Below, piece after piece: positions 21,926 through 45,835 of a DNA stretch of 64,000 bases (position 1 is the stretch's first letter; each line of letters begins with the position of its first letter). The position numbers were made by a program, and so were the translations under genes. The notes under the pieces were generated by a model. That model saw nothing but the letters and a program-made list of their open reading frames with translations, ran no database searches and was not told the origin of the DNA. The DNA is from Macrostomum lignano (lineage: Eukaryota), in the NCBI GenBank assembly GCA_002269645.1, contig NIVC01000514.1, positions 62,001-126,000 on the forward strand, given 5' to 3'.

Positions 21926-24900
21926 GTGTGTCTGAAACTGTGAAACTGCCTCCCCAAGCCGACACCACCCGCTCGGTCCCGCAGGGCAAGCCGGTGCTGG
22001 AGGTGGCTTCGGCCGGGCCGAGCATCCTGGTGGCCATCCTAATCGCCTTCCTGCTGCTGCTGCTGCTCGCCGCCCTTCTGGTCTTCCTGCTGCGCCGCGA
22101 CTCCGGCCAGACGTACATGCTGGACGAGAAGGAGCGGCAGCAAGGCAACCACCCGGACTTGGAGGCCAAGGAAGAGCAGTTCAAGGAGTACCAGCGGCCC
22201 GAGGAAGGCGGCCTGAAGGCCTCTCGGCTGTCCCTGAGCTCCAGCATCTCGGCTGCCAGCAAAGACGACCAGGAGCTGGACGAGTACGGCAACGATGACG
22301 ACATTGATGTCGGTGAGTGATTGGGTTGTCGGCACTGATGTCGGTGAGTGATTGGGTTGTCGGCACTGATGTCGGTGAGTGATTGGGTTGTCGGCACTGA
22401 TGTCGGTGAGTGATTGGGTTGTCGGCACTGATGTCGGTGAGTGATTGGGTTGTCGGCACTGATGTCGGTGAGTGATTGGGTTGTCGGCACTGATGTCGGT
22501 GAGTGATTGGGTTGTCGGCACTGATGTCGGTGAGTGATTGGGTTGTCGGCACTGATGTCGGTGAGTGATTGGGGGCCGGGCCTTGTCTATTGCTGAGCTA
22601 TTGGCCTGTTGAATTGTTGAATCAATAGGAAATCAATAATTGTTTTGCACTGAAAGATATGAAATATGAAAGCCAGTTCCTATGGCTAGAGGTTCCATTG
22701 CTAGTTTAACGGGCCAGCGAATACAATAGGCGAATAGGGCCTCACTCATAGCGGCATCACTGCTTCAAGGTCAAACTGTTTTGTTAAGGTCACCGTCTTT
22801 CAATGCGAAATTCAAAGAAATGAATCTGCTGTATTGCATGCATATGCGAGCTATAGTTGGGCCGCACCCAGTCATGGCGCTGCGCTCGCGAGTAGTAAAT
22901 ATGATTTATCCATCCGTCACGCCTGTCTGCGCTGGCCTGACTGATCCTGTTAGCGCTGGCTGCGGGCCGGGGGTGGCGGCCGCTGGGTGGTGACGCATGC
23001 GGCTGGCGGGCCTCGGCCTGCAAGAGGGAGTGAGTGGCTCGCATGTCCCCGGGCTTCGCGGCTGCTAAACTGCAGTGGCTGCTTTTGTCCTTCATCCCGG
23101 TCAGTCAGCCGCTGCGCGTCTGTCGGTCATAAATTAAAAATATGTTCCCACTGGGGTGGCGGGCTCTGCGACTCTTCCAGGCTGACGTGTTTCGCTTGGC
23201 TCTGATGGCGGAGATGGCAGCGCATTTATGGGAGCTGGGAGCTGCAGATGCAGCATTGGAGGGAGAAACTGGCCCGCCGAAGTTCTTTATTCCCCACCCG
23301 GATGGGGCTGCAGTTTTAGATGTCCCGAGTCTCATCATATGCCTAAATTATTTCCGAATAGTGTGCTTCCAAATAAAGTTTTGTAGTTTCCCAAGTCTGA
23401 TGATTGCACATTGCTTGAAACTTGTAGTGTTGGAAAATATTCTTGTTCACAGATATGCGAAATTTCGGTCTTGTGAAAGAATCCTGCTCACAAGTATTTC
23501 GGTCTTGCGAAAGAATCCTGCTCACAAGTATTTCGGTCTTGTGAGAGAATCCTGCTCACAAGTATTTCGGTCTTGCGAAAGAATCCTGCTCACAAGTATT
23601 TCGGTCTTGCGAAAGAATCCTGCTCACACGTATTTCGGTCTTGTGAAAGAATCCTGCTCACAAGTATTTCGGTCTTGCGAAAGAATCCTGCTCACAAGTA
23701 TTTCGGTCTTGTGAGAGAATCCTGCTCACACGTATTTCGGTCTTGTGAAAGAATCCTGCTCACACGTATTTCGGTCTTGTGAAAGAATCCTGCTCACACG
23801 TATTTCGGTCTTGTGAAAGAATCCTGCTCACAAGTATTTCGGTCTTGTGAGAGAATCCTGCTCACACGTATTTCGGTCTTGTGAAAGAATCCTGCTCACA
23901 AGTATTTCGGTCTTGTGAAAGAATCCTGCTCACACGTATTTCGGTCTTGTGAAAGAATCCTGCTCACAAGTATTTCGGTCTTGCGAAAGAATCCTGCTCA
24001 CAAGTATTTCGGTCTTGCGAAAGAATCCTGCTCACAAGTATTTCGGTCTTGCGAAAGAATCCTGCTCACAAATATGTGGAATTTCGGCCTTGTATTATAT
24101 AAAGCGTTCGAAATGCAATGCGATATGCAGATACGGGCAAAGGTTTGATTTCTAAAAAAGGGTCAGCAACTTCGTCTGCCTAAAAATCATGCACCTGCAC
24201 TAATTTCCCGCGACACATCTGGCGCTGCTGCAACATTGCAGAGGAAAGCGGAAAGAATTCGGGTTTGCTTTGCTGCGCCAAGTGCACTGCTGAGAAACTC
24301 TGATGCCGCTCTGCAACATTTCCGACTTTATCGCTAAATATGGCTGAAGAATCGCTCTAAATTGCGCGCTTGCATGGCCTGTCTGACTATTATTGTAATA
24401 ATTCGACTGGCTGTTAATAGTTGGCTGGCTCTGCGGTCTCCGTGTGTGAACTGGTTGCCTCCCAGCCCGTTCGTGCTGCCTGCTAGCTAGCATAATTAAT
24501 TAATCCATGACTGGCTGCTCTATTTAGCATCTTAGCTCTCTTCTTGAGCCAGAGGCTCTTTGTCTGGCTAGTGCCCCTAGCCCCTAGGTACTGTTTACGT
24601 GGCTTTTTTATCAAGATACAAGCGTGCTCATTACTCGTTTTACTCGTTTCACGTTATGGAGTGATCTCCATGGAGTTAGGAGTGTCAAACCTTTGCCCGA
24701 ATCTGCGTGTCGCATTCCACACTAATGAGTAGTTCAGATTCAGCACCGCTCAAGTTCAGATCCCGAAACGAGAATTGAGGAATTCTGATCCCGCACTTGA
24801 AATATTTCTAACGCAGCTCTGTGTGAGCTCTGCGATTTGGATAATCTCGGTTGTTACTTTGATTGAAGAGCCGTTTTTGAAGTTGAGCAGTCTAAGTAAT

Positions 24901-26060
24901 CCATGCAATGTGCTCGGTTCTGTTTTGGAAATCTTCTAAGCAGGCAAAGGCCGGCTACTTGTATACTCGTAGAAGGGAGGCTCGCAGTCCCCGGGGAGTG
25001 CTGGGCAAGGCCTGCCAATCTGGCTGAGTGCAGCTCCGCAAGAGACCGGTCCCCGGTTCCCCATTGCCAGCTCCGCAGGTCCCCGGTTCCCCATTGCCAG
25101 CTCCGCAGGTCCCCGGTTCCCCATTGCCAGCTCCGCAGGTCCCCGGTTCCCCATTGCCAGCTCCGCAGGTCCCCGGTTCCCCATTGCCAGCTCCGCAGGT
25201 CCCCGGTTCCCCATTGCCAGCTCCGCAGGTCCCCGGTTCCCCATTGCCAGCTCCGCAGAGACCGATCCCCGGTTCCCCATTGCCAGCTCCGCAGGTCCCC
25301 GGTTCCCCATTGCCAGCTCCGCAGAGACCGATCCCCGGTTCCCCATTGCCAGCTCCGCAGAGACCGATCCCCGGTTCCCCATTGCCAGCTCCGCAGAGAC
25401 CGATCCCCGGTTCCCCATTGCCAGCTCCGCAGGTCCCCGGTTCCCCATTGCCAGCTCCGCAGAGACCGATCCCCGGTTCCCCATTGCCAGCTCCGCAGAG
25501 ACCGATCCCCGGTTCCCCATTGCCAGCTCCGCAGGTCCCCGGTTCCCCATTGCCAGCTCCGCAGAGACCGATCCCCGGTTCCCCATTGCCAGCTCCGCAG
25601 GTCCCCGGTTCCCCATTGCCAGCTCCGCAGAGACCGATCCCCGGTTCCCCATTGCCAGCTCCGCAGGTCCCCGGTTCCCCATTGCCAGCTCCGCAGAGAC
25701 CGATCCCCGGTTCCCCATTGCCAGCTCCGCAGAGACCGATCCCCGGTTCCCCATTGCCAGCTCCGCAGAGACCGATCCCCGGTTCCCCATTGCCAGCTCC
25801 GCAGATCCGCGGTTCCCCACTGCCAGCTCCGCAGATCCCCGGTTCCCCACTGCCAGCTCCGCAGATCCCCGGTTCCCCACTGCCAGCTCCGCAGATCCCC
25901 GGTTCCCCATTGCCAGCTCCGCAGATCCCCGGTTCCCCACTGCCAGCTCCGCCCCTCCCCGCGCACTTCTGCAGGTCGCTTCGCCGAGGACGGCTCCTTC
26001 ATCGGCGGCTACACGACGGACCCCAAGAAGCGGGAGGCCTTCAACGCTCACCGGGTCTGA
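18461..26060 (+). CDS. L1CAM/neuroglian-related Ig-superfamily type-I membrane protein with atypical ectodomain, 896 aa; exons 18461-20485, 21363-21614, 21985-22312, 25975-26060
   Basis: Signal peptide [17 protein letters not shown]. Ig-like motifs [10 protein letters not shown] and [11 protein letters not shown]...[32 protein letters not shown]1-type tail [43 protein letters not shown]. Phases 0,0,1 are consistent. Total 2691 nt. Confidence 0.82.
20563..21125. repeat. ~20-22-bp minisatellite (ccactggagtgaccctgttgtgg) in intron 1 of the L1-like gene
   Basis: Direct periodicity. Confidence 0.93.
21623..21933. repeat. (TCTG)n / (TC)n microsatellite filling intron 2 of the L1-like gene
   Basis: Direct reading. 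Confidence 0.95.
22304..22571. repeat. 31-bp minisatellite (tgatgtcg|gtgagtgattgggttgtcggcac) whose unit spans the exon 3 donor site
   Basis: About 8.5 copies. The first copy contains the true donor at 22312/22313. Confidence 0.95.
23456..24070. repeat. 34-bp minisatellite (tatttcggtcttgtgaaagaatcctgctcacaag)
   Basis: Direct periodicity. Confidence 0.95.
25035..25952. repeat. 28/34-bp two-variant minisatellite (ccccggttccccattgccagctccgcag[gt|agaccgat]) ending ~22 bp before the last L1-like exon
   Basis: Direct periodicity. Explains the track ORFs at 24854-26203. Confidence 0.95.
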
Positions 26061-26436
26061 GACGGGCTGATTGGGACTCGGCTTACAGACTATTTTTTAA
26101 CGATTTCGCGAATCCTCAGACTGTTTGTCGCCGCATTCGATTCCTGCTTGTCTGCCTGCCTGCTGCTGTACGAGTCTACAAGTGCGGCTCGCTGTCTTTA
26201 TAAGCCGGCACACTTATTATTATTCACTGGCGCACCAACTTCTTGATGATTGATTAGCCTGCAAGGCTTTAGTGGATTATTATAAATACGAGCTATATTT
26301 TACTCCTGTCCCCCCGGGCTCTGTCGTCTTGCCGCGCCGCTGCTTTTGCTGCGCAGTGGGGCGCTGCTGCGTTTGTTTCAGCACGTTTACTGCTGCACAC
26401 TGCCTACTACCTCTGCCCCATGCTCTGTCTGTCCAT

Positions 26437-27480
26437 TTCTCATGATCTCTCTCCGTTTCTCATGATCTCACTCCATTTCTCATTATCTCTCTCCGTTTCT
26501 CATGATCTCACTCCATTTCTCATGATCTCTCTCCGTTTCTCATGATCTCACTCCGTTTCTCATGATCTCTCTCCGTTTCTCATGATCTCACTCCATTTCT
26601 CATGATCTCTCTCCGTTTCTCATGATCTCACTCCATTTCTCATTATCTCTCTCCGTTTCTCATGATCTCACTCCATTTCTCATGATCTCTCTCCGTTTCT
26701 CATGATCTCACTCCGTTTCTCATGATCTCTCTCCGTTTCTCATGATCTCACTCCATTTCTCATGATCTCTCTCCGTTTCTCATGATCTCTCTCCGTTTCT
26801 CATGATCTCACTCTATTTCTCATGATCTCACTCCATTTCTCATGATCTCTCTCCGTTTCTCATGATCTCACTCCATTTCTCATGATCTCTCTCCGTTTCT
26901 CATGATCTCACTCCATTTCTCATGATCTCTCTCCGTTTCTCATGATCTCACTCCATTTCTCATGATCTCTCTCCGTTTCTCATGATCTCTCTCCGTTTCT
27001 CATGATCTCACTCTATTTCTCATGATCTCACTCCATTTCTCATGATCTCTCTCCGTTTCTCATGATCTCACTCTATTTCTCATGATCTCTCTCCGTTCTC
27101 ACGATCTCTCTCCATATCTCATGATCTCTCCATATCTCATGATCTCTCCTTTTCTCATGATCTCTCCGTTTCTCATGATCTCTCCGTTTCTCATGATCTC
27201 TCCGTTTCTCATGATCTCTCCGTTTCTCATGATCTCTCCGTTTCTCATGATCTCTCCATATCTCATGATCTCTCCGTTTCTCATGATCTCTCCATTTCCC
27301 ATGATCTCTCCATATCTCATGATCTCTCCGTTTCTCATGATCTCTCCATTTCCCATGATCTCTCAATTTCTCATGATCTCTCTCCGTTTCTCATGATCTC
27401 TCCATTTCTCATGATCTCTCTCCGTTTCTCATGATCTCTCCATTTCTCATGATCTCTCTCCATTTCTCACGATCTCTCTC
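26437..27480. repeat. 19-20-bp minisatellite (tctcatgatctctctccgtt)
   Basis: Direct periodicity. Confidence 0.95.
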
Positions 27481-29055
27481 CGTTCCTCACGCCCTCCATC
27501 TCTCAGTGCGCAGGCCCGGCACGAGGGCGATCCAAAAATGTTTTTGCGTAGCGAAATTCTTCACAGACTCCAGGCCCGACCCCGCCTTGCCACATGGGTT
27601 AACTGCAACCTTAGCATAATACTGCTCTGCGCGCATTGCCTCAGACAAGCCTTTTAGCTGTTCTGTGTTCGAGAACCCGCGCTCCACTGCTTCCGCGTTT
27701 TCCATTGTATGCAATTTATTTTTGTTGCTTGCTGTTGCTGAACTTGCGTTTGGGTCGCCTTTGCGGCCTGAGATGCCCGCCCGGCAGTCTGCTGAGCATA
27801 GCTGAACTCTGTCTTGCTCTGTGCTGCTCACTGAGACCGTAAGCCTCCCAGATCCCCAGTTGCTGGGCCAGCCTCCCAGATCCCCAGTTGCTGGGCCAGC
27901 CTCCCAGACCCCAGTTGATGGGTGTCTGCCAGATCATCAGTTGCTTGGTGAGTTTCCCAGATCCCCAGACTGGATGCAAGCCGTCCCTCACCTGCCCATT
28001 ACAAAACTGTCCTCAGTGCCAGCCAGCAGGTCTGCCAGGGCTCTCTGCCGCGAATCGCCGCTGGCAGCTGCTGTCTCTGCGGGTCTGCTGTTTCGCTCTC
28101 TGAGTCTCCCCCCGGGCCGCAGTTACCGAGGCTTGGGCTCAGTCTGCAGCTCATCAGTGCTTTTCGTATTCGATTTTTTTAGAATTTTACCAATGCAATC
28201 CAATTTTAGACTTTGCTGTTGAATATAGGTTCGCTCGCTACTACTTAGCTGGCAAATATAGTAGCGCATCTAGCTTATTATTTTCTAATTAAAATAGACA
28301 TTATAAAGCAATTTGCTTGCAATTGTTTGTAGCGAGTAGTGCAATGCCCAGTGTCTGCAATTTTGCCATTTTTATCGCCTAAGCATCTTATTTAATTGTT
28401 GATGTTATTCAGCAAATATTTACTCTCTCTTGTATTCTGTTTGTCTATTCCTGCGCTTCAATTTTTGTTCTCATAGCCACTGTATTTTTGGCTGCCGGCT
28501 AATCTCGGGTGTGGCTTTGCGGTTAATCGTGGGCAGGACTTGATTCGTTTGATTCGCTTCTGCAGCTTTTTCTGCCCGGCTCCCCAGCTCGCGGCTCTGT
28601 TGTACTGGCGGCTTGTTTGATGCTTTTCTGTTGCCCTGATTGTTGTGGCCGATTCAATAAATATGATTAGCATAAATGTAACCCAATCAAGTTTCTAGAC
28701 CGAAATTGGCTCTTTTTGCTTGTTGCTGAAATTCGACACAGCTTCGCATTCCGTCTTCCTGCTTCACACCTGAGGAGCTGGCCTATGCAATCTGAACGGC
28801 TGCTCCAAGATCACAGTTATATTTTCAGGAGCGCTGCGGGCATTGTTGCGGCATCGTCTCGGAGCCAGAACTGAGGCGTTTCTGCCCAATCTTCTGGCTC
28901 CTGAGCACACAACACGCAACCCAAGGGGGGGGGGAACAGGGGGGACATGTCCCCTCAAAAGCTGTTGGGGGCATGCCAATGCTTTGTTCCCTTCGCCCAA
29001 CCTTGTGACCCGTTATGGAAATCAATAATTTTGCTTCAGGGTGACAAAATACAGT

Positions 29056-29200
29056 GCCTGCGGCGCTAAAATGCGAGCCTGCGGCGCTAAGATGAGTGCC
29101 TGCGGCGCTAAGATGAGTGCCTGCGGCGCTAAAATGCGAGCCTGCGGCGCTGAAATGAGTGCCTGGGGCGCTAAAATGCGAGCCTGCGGCGCAAAAATGA
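29056..29200. repeat. ~21-bp tandem repeat (gcctgcggcgctaaaatgcga)
   Basis: About 7 copies. Confidence 0.85.
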
Positions 29201-30109
29201 CTGCCTGGGATGATATCCCAGCGCATGACAGCGCATGGGATCGAAGCAGGGGCCGTAGATATGGAGCGATTAACTGCTAGTGGAATGAATGGTCATCTGT
29301 TCATGGAGTTCTAGATCTAAGATCTGGAGCGATCAGCTGCTAGTGGAATGAATGCTCATCTGTTCATGGATTTCTAGATCTAAGATCTGGAGCGATATCT
29401 TTTATCTATGCTCAAACGACTGTTCATGGAGTTCTGAATCTTTTGAGGAAACTGCTGCCAACTATAAGGTACTCTATAATGTTTGCAGAATCTCATGATG
29501 ATCTTTCTGCTCCGCCTTCCTGCCCCATCTCTGACCCCGGGGCTCAGTGAGGCAACAGAAATGAGACTGCATGGAAATCAATGCATGGAAACCTGAGAGC
29601 CGCGGGAGCTGCAGTCCCCATGTTTTCAGCGCGACTCGCGTGCAACCCGATCCCGTGCCGAGCGGATAAAAATCCCAATTACGAGCTCATGTAGCGACGG
29701 GGCGAGACAAAGGATTTTGGGATCGGAGATGTGGCAGGGGAAAGTCAAGCTTCTTTTGCGTGACTCTTAGGCAGTGCCAGCAGCCCTGCGCTTCATCATG
29801 CAGGATCAGCTTTGGCTGCTCAGCTCGTTTAAATGCTCGGCTGTGGCCCCCTGCTGTGCCCCCCGCAGGGCTGCACTGGACCTGCGGCAAAGCAAGAGCG
29901 ACTGTCAAGAATAATTAACGGTTGCTTGAGCTGCGTGTTGTGATGCCCCACATGTACATGTAACACTGGCGGCTTGTGTCGCCCCCTGACATCATGGCCC
30001 CCCCACACACATGGCCATCCCAACACATGGCGCTCCTAACATACTCGCACATTTTGGCGCCGCCAACGCACAGAAGGAGGCGCCCCAACACAAAGATTTG
30101 CAGCCTCAA

Positions 30110-30210
30110 CACACAGAGTAGCGCCCCCAACACAGAGTAGCGCCCCCAACACAGAGTAGCGCCCCCAACACAGAGTAGCGCCCCCAACACAGAGTAGCGC
30201 CCCCAACACA
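30110..30210. repeat. 19-bp tandem repeat (cacagagtagcgcccccaa)
   Basis: About 5 copies. Confidence 0.88.
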
Positions 30211-31289
30211 CATTTTGGCACCGCCAACGCACAAAGAGTGGCGCCCCAGCGCATTATGGTGCCCTCAAGCACACAGAGAGTGGCGGGCCCAACCTTCGCC
30301 CATCATGGGAGCTGCAAAGCACCTCACGCAGGAAGTTGCCTTCCGCAGCGGTGCCACACCAAGTGAATGACTCATTTAGCTGGATCAGACTCTCCTGGCC
30401 ATTGCTTTGCAGTTCAGCAATCCGGACTCGCAGCATTAAAGCAGACAGCGGAGCATCAGGGCGGGCCGCACGCGTGCTCTCCCATGCCTGCCGCTTCAAT
30501 TCGGCCGGAAGAAACCGCGCGATCCCCGCGGGGGTTCGCGGCTGACTGCAGGCCAAAACGAGTCGGGCAGGCCGGGAGTGCGGCTCGCTCCAGTAAAACA
30601 CAGCGCTGAGTGCCTGCGAGCGAGTCTTCTGCTAAGTGTCTCCCATGGGCGACTCCAAGTGGTTCGAGGAGGATTAGTGGGTGGGGCTGGGGGATTAAGG
30701 CGCTCGAGGGGGCAGACAAGAGTGCAAAAGCCCGGGCGAAGCGAGGGCGGCGGGGGTTCCGCCGTCAATCTGTTTGCTTTGGCTTTAAGCCGACCCTCCA
30801 TTCGGCAGGGCTGCTCAGCCTGTCTCCTGTGCCAGTGCATAAGCTTGTAGCTGTCCGCATCCCTGCAGTGTTCCCCCCCCCCCAGCCTTCGCTTGACTTT
30901 CCGGAGAATTGAGGGCGCGGGCATGAAAGTTTCTGGCCGCCCTGCTGTACTGCCTGCCGCTGCTGATCCCCGCCCCACCACCCCAACCCGCGGGCTATTT
31001 TTAGCCCAGGTCCCTCCCTCCCCAGAGAGGGTTCATTCAGACGCGCCCCCCCGGCCGGGGTGAGAAAAGTCGACGGGTGAGAAAGAACTGGCGGGCTGGG
31101 GAGGCGGTCGCCCCCTGCCCCTCATCCCCCCGCCTCCCCACCTCCGCCTCCCCTGCTTACAAATCCTGCAGCGGCTGTCCGCGGACAGAATAGCAAAAGT
31201 TGGAGTTGCTTGTCTGCTCACTGCTCAGCTAATAAACTCGGCAATCCGGCGGCGCGCTTTTGCTGTAAGTGGCGGCTTAAGTTTGGCGC

Positions 31290-31720
31290 TTATACCCTCA
31301 GTTTAGGGCTTAAACCCTCACTTGGGCGCTTAGACCATCACTTCAGGGCTTAGACCCTCACTTTAGGGCTTAGACCCTCACTTTAGGGCTTATACCCTCA
31401 CTTTAGGGCTTATACCCTCACTTTAGGGCTTAGACTCTCACTCTGGTGCTTAGACACTCACTCTGGTGCTTAGACACTCACTCTGGTGCTTAGACTCTCA
31501 CTCTGGTGCTTAGACACTCACTCTGGTGCTTAGACTCTCACTCTGGTGCTTAGACACTCACTCTGGTGCTTAGACACTCACTCTGGTGCTTAGACTCTCA
31601 CTCTGGTGCTTAGACTCTCACTCTGGTGCTTAGACACTCACTCTGGTGCTTAGACTCTCACTCTGGTGCTTAGACTCTCACTCTGGTGCTTAGACACTCA
31701 TTTTGGCGCTTAACTTAACC
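31290..31720. repeat. 20-bp minisatellite grading from tttagggcttagaccctcac to tctggtgcttagacactcac
   Basis: Constant period with a unit change near 31430. Confidence 0.9.
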
Positions 31721-32409
31721 CACACTTTGGCGCTTAGGCACTCCGCTAATGTAAATAGTACTCAAGCATTCATCTAGCTCTCATGGCATGGGAGGGTATT
31801 TTGTCACTGATTTCTCAAAGTAAACAATCAATCCAAGCAAATTATGTGCCATTCAAAGGAATTTCAAATGCCTTCAACTCGGTGACTGGGCTATGCTGAA
31901 AGGCTGCCTGCAATCAGAAGTCATGAATATAAAAGTCAGCTGCTCTCGCTGATGAACGCCGAGAGCATGCTAATCTGCATTGCACTTTAGCACTATAGCA
32001 GCTATACAAGAGCTGCGAGGCCAGAGATGAATGAGTTGGGCGCCGCGGTGCAGCAGGTTGAGAGCAGACGGGAGAGGGACAGAGGTTTAAAAATAGCCAC
32101 CCCCGCTGAGAAAATGGAGCAGCTGAGAGCAGCAGCCCCGAGCTGGGAGGGAGGCAGATCGATCCGCCTGCGCGGCAGCTGAGATTAAATCAGCGACTCC
32201 ACGCTTGGCTCCGTGGCGAATGGCGGGACGGCGTCAGCTGCTTTCATGCCTCATCAGTTCTCAGCTTTGCACTTTTGCCCTCAAGGGTTTATTCAATCTT
32301 GAGATTGATAGCCTTGATTCACATTGGGGGTTGGCGGTTGGAGTACACCCTATCTTCAGGTGTTACTCAATGGATTAGGGTGTACTCAGCAGCAACCATT
32401 AGGTTTACT

Positions 32410-32760
32410 CAAAACCATAGGGTGTATTCAGCAACCAGAGGGTGTGCTCAGCGACTACTGGGTGCACACAGCAACCAGTGGGTGTGCTCAGCAACCAGTG
32501 GGTGTGCTCAGAAACCAGTGGGTGTGCTCAGCAACCAGTGGGTGTACTCAGCAACCAGAGGGTGTGCTCAGCGACTATTGGGTGCACACAGCAACCAGAG
32601 GGTGTGCTCAGCGACCAGAGGGTGTGCTCAGCGACTATTGGGTGCACACAGCAACCAGAGGGTGTGCTCAGCAACCAGAGGGTGTGCTCAGCGACTGTTG
32701 GGTGCACACAGCAACCAGAGGGTGTGCTCAGAAACTATTGGGTGCACTCAGCAACCATTC
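32410..32760. repeat. Composite 20/33-bp minisatellite (ggtgtgctcagcaaccagag) ending at the first visible IA-2 exon
   Basis: Direct periodicity. Confidence 0.85.
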
Positions 32761-32772
32761 GGTTGTACACAG

Positions 32773-44590
<11,818 letters not shown>

Positions 44591-44875
44591 AGCAGCAGTC
44601 AGATCCGGACCTCACTACTGCCTGAGCGCTCATGCCAGTAGCAAGTAGCGAGTGTTTTCTGATCAGCCACACGCGGCGTCAGTAACTGCAATACTGGTTA
44701 TATATTGATGCTGAAATATGAATGCAGCGATTGAGAACTCCATTTGGACGATGATATCATGAACTGGAGTTTCAACTCTGTACCAATTTATGCATGCGCG
44801 TAAAACTCGAAACTGTCAGTCTGTCACACCTGGTGAATTCACAAGCCCGTGAGGACACCGTCTGCTTTCCTGCCC

Positions 44876-45459
44876 AACTTATCAGCTGTCCAGTTACTGT
44901 CATATCACCTGCTGTCCTGTCCACCAGTTACTGTCATATCACCTGCTGTCCTGTCCACCAGTTACTGTCATATCACCTGCTGTCCTGTCCACCAGTTACT
45001 GTCATATCACCTGCTGTCCTGTCCACCAATTGCTGTCATATCACCTGCTGTCCTGTCCACCAATTGCTGTCATATCACCTGCTGTCCTGTCCACCAGTTA
45101 CTGTCACATCACCTGCTGTCCTGTCCACCAGTTACTGTCATATCACCTGCTGTCCTGTCCACCAGTTACTGTCATATCACCTGCTGTCCTGTCCACCAGT
45201 TACTGTCATATCACCTGCTGCCCTGTCCACCAGTTACTGTCACATCACCTGCTGTCCTGTCCACCAGTTACTGTCACATCACCTGCTGTCCTGTCCACCA
45301 GTTGCTGTCACATCACCTGCTGTCCTGTCCACCAGTTACTGTCATATCACCTGCTGTCCTGTCCACCAGTTACTGTCACATCACCTGCTGTCCTGTCCAC
45401 CAGTTACTGTCACATCACCTGCTGTCCTGTCCACCAGTTACTGTCATATCACCTGCTGA
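44876..45459. repeat. 34-bp minisatellite (ctgtcatatcacctgctgtcctgtccaccagtta)
   Basis: About 17 copies. Confidence 0.95.
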
Positions 45460-45614
45460 GATAGATATATTGTTAACTGCAGCCGTATTATGGCACTTCT
45501 GAATGAGTTAAGCAAAGCTGAGAAGACATGTAACGAAGTTGCTGCATGGAATCATTTTCAACTTCAGGGAATATTCAAACTCAATTTTGATTTCTTTGAA
45601 CTGTCAACTGCTAC

Positions 45615-45830
45615 AGTAGCTAGCAAACATGACCCTCCCAGCTAGGGTAGCTAGCAAACATGACCCTCCCAGCTAGGGTAGCTAGCAAACATGACCCTCC
45701 CAGCTAGGGTAGCTAGCAAACATGACCCTCCCAGCTAGGGTAGCTAGCAAACATGACCCTCCCAGCTAGGGTAGCTAGCAAACATGACCCTCCCAGCTAG
45801 GGTAGCTAGCACAGATGAGTCTCCAGCTAT
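45615..45830. repeat. 31-bp minisatellite (tagggtagctagcaaacatgaccctcccagc); a further variant unit lies at 47081-47112 beyond the RTE insertion
   Basis: About 6-7 copies. A variant unit recurs on both sides of the RTE fragment. Confidence 0.92.
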
Positions 45831-45835
45831 AGGGT

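Noticed and set aside
21615-21984. Microsatellite introns as coding (Leu/Ser/Val/Cys repeats), also 58574-59003
   Set aside because: Lengths of 370 and 430 nt are not multiples of three, and spliced models restore conserved protein sequence.
18461-22312. Integrin alpha call for the large membrane protein
   Set aside because: No FG-GAP repeats or GFFKR motif; the tail is L1-type.
22304-24070. Regular 31-34-bp repeats that could be mistaken for CRISPR arrays (also 13558-13896, 44876-45459)
   Set aside because: Head-to-tail units with no unique spacers, no cas genes, and a eukaryotic intron context.
28700-30300. MITE-like GC-rich motifs (ggggggaacagggggacatgtcccc, gcgcccc runs), also 59800-59940
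   Set aside because: They resemble non-autonomous DNA-transposon internals, but I could not define TIR pairs or TSDs.
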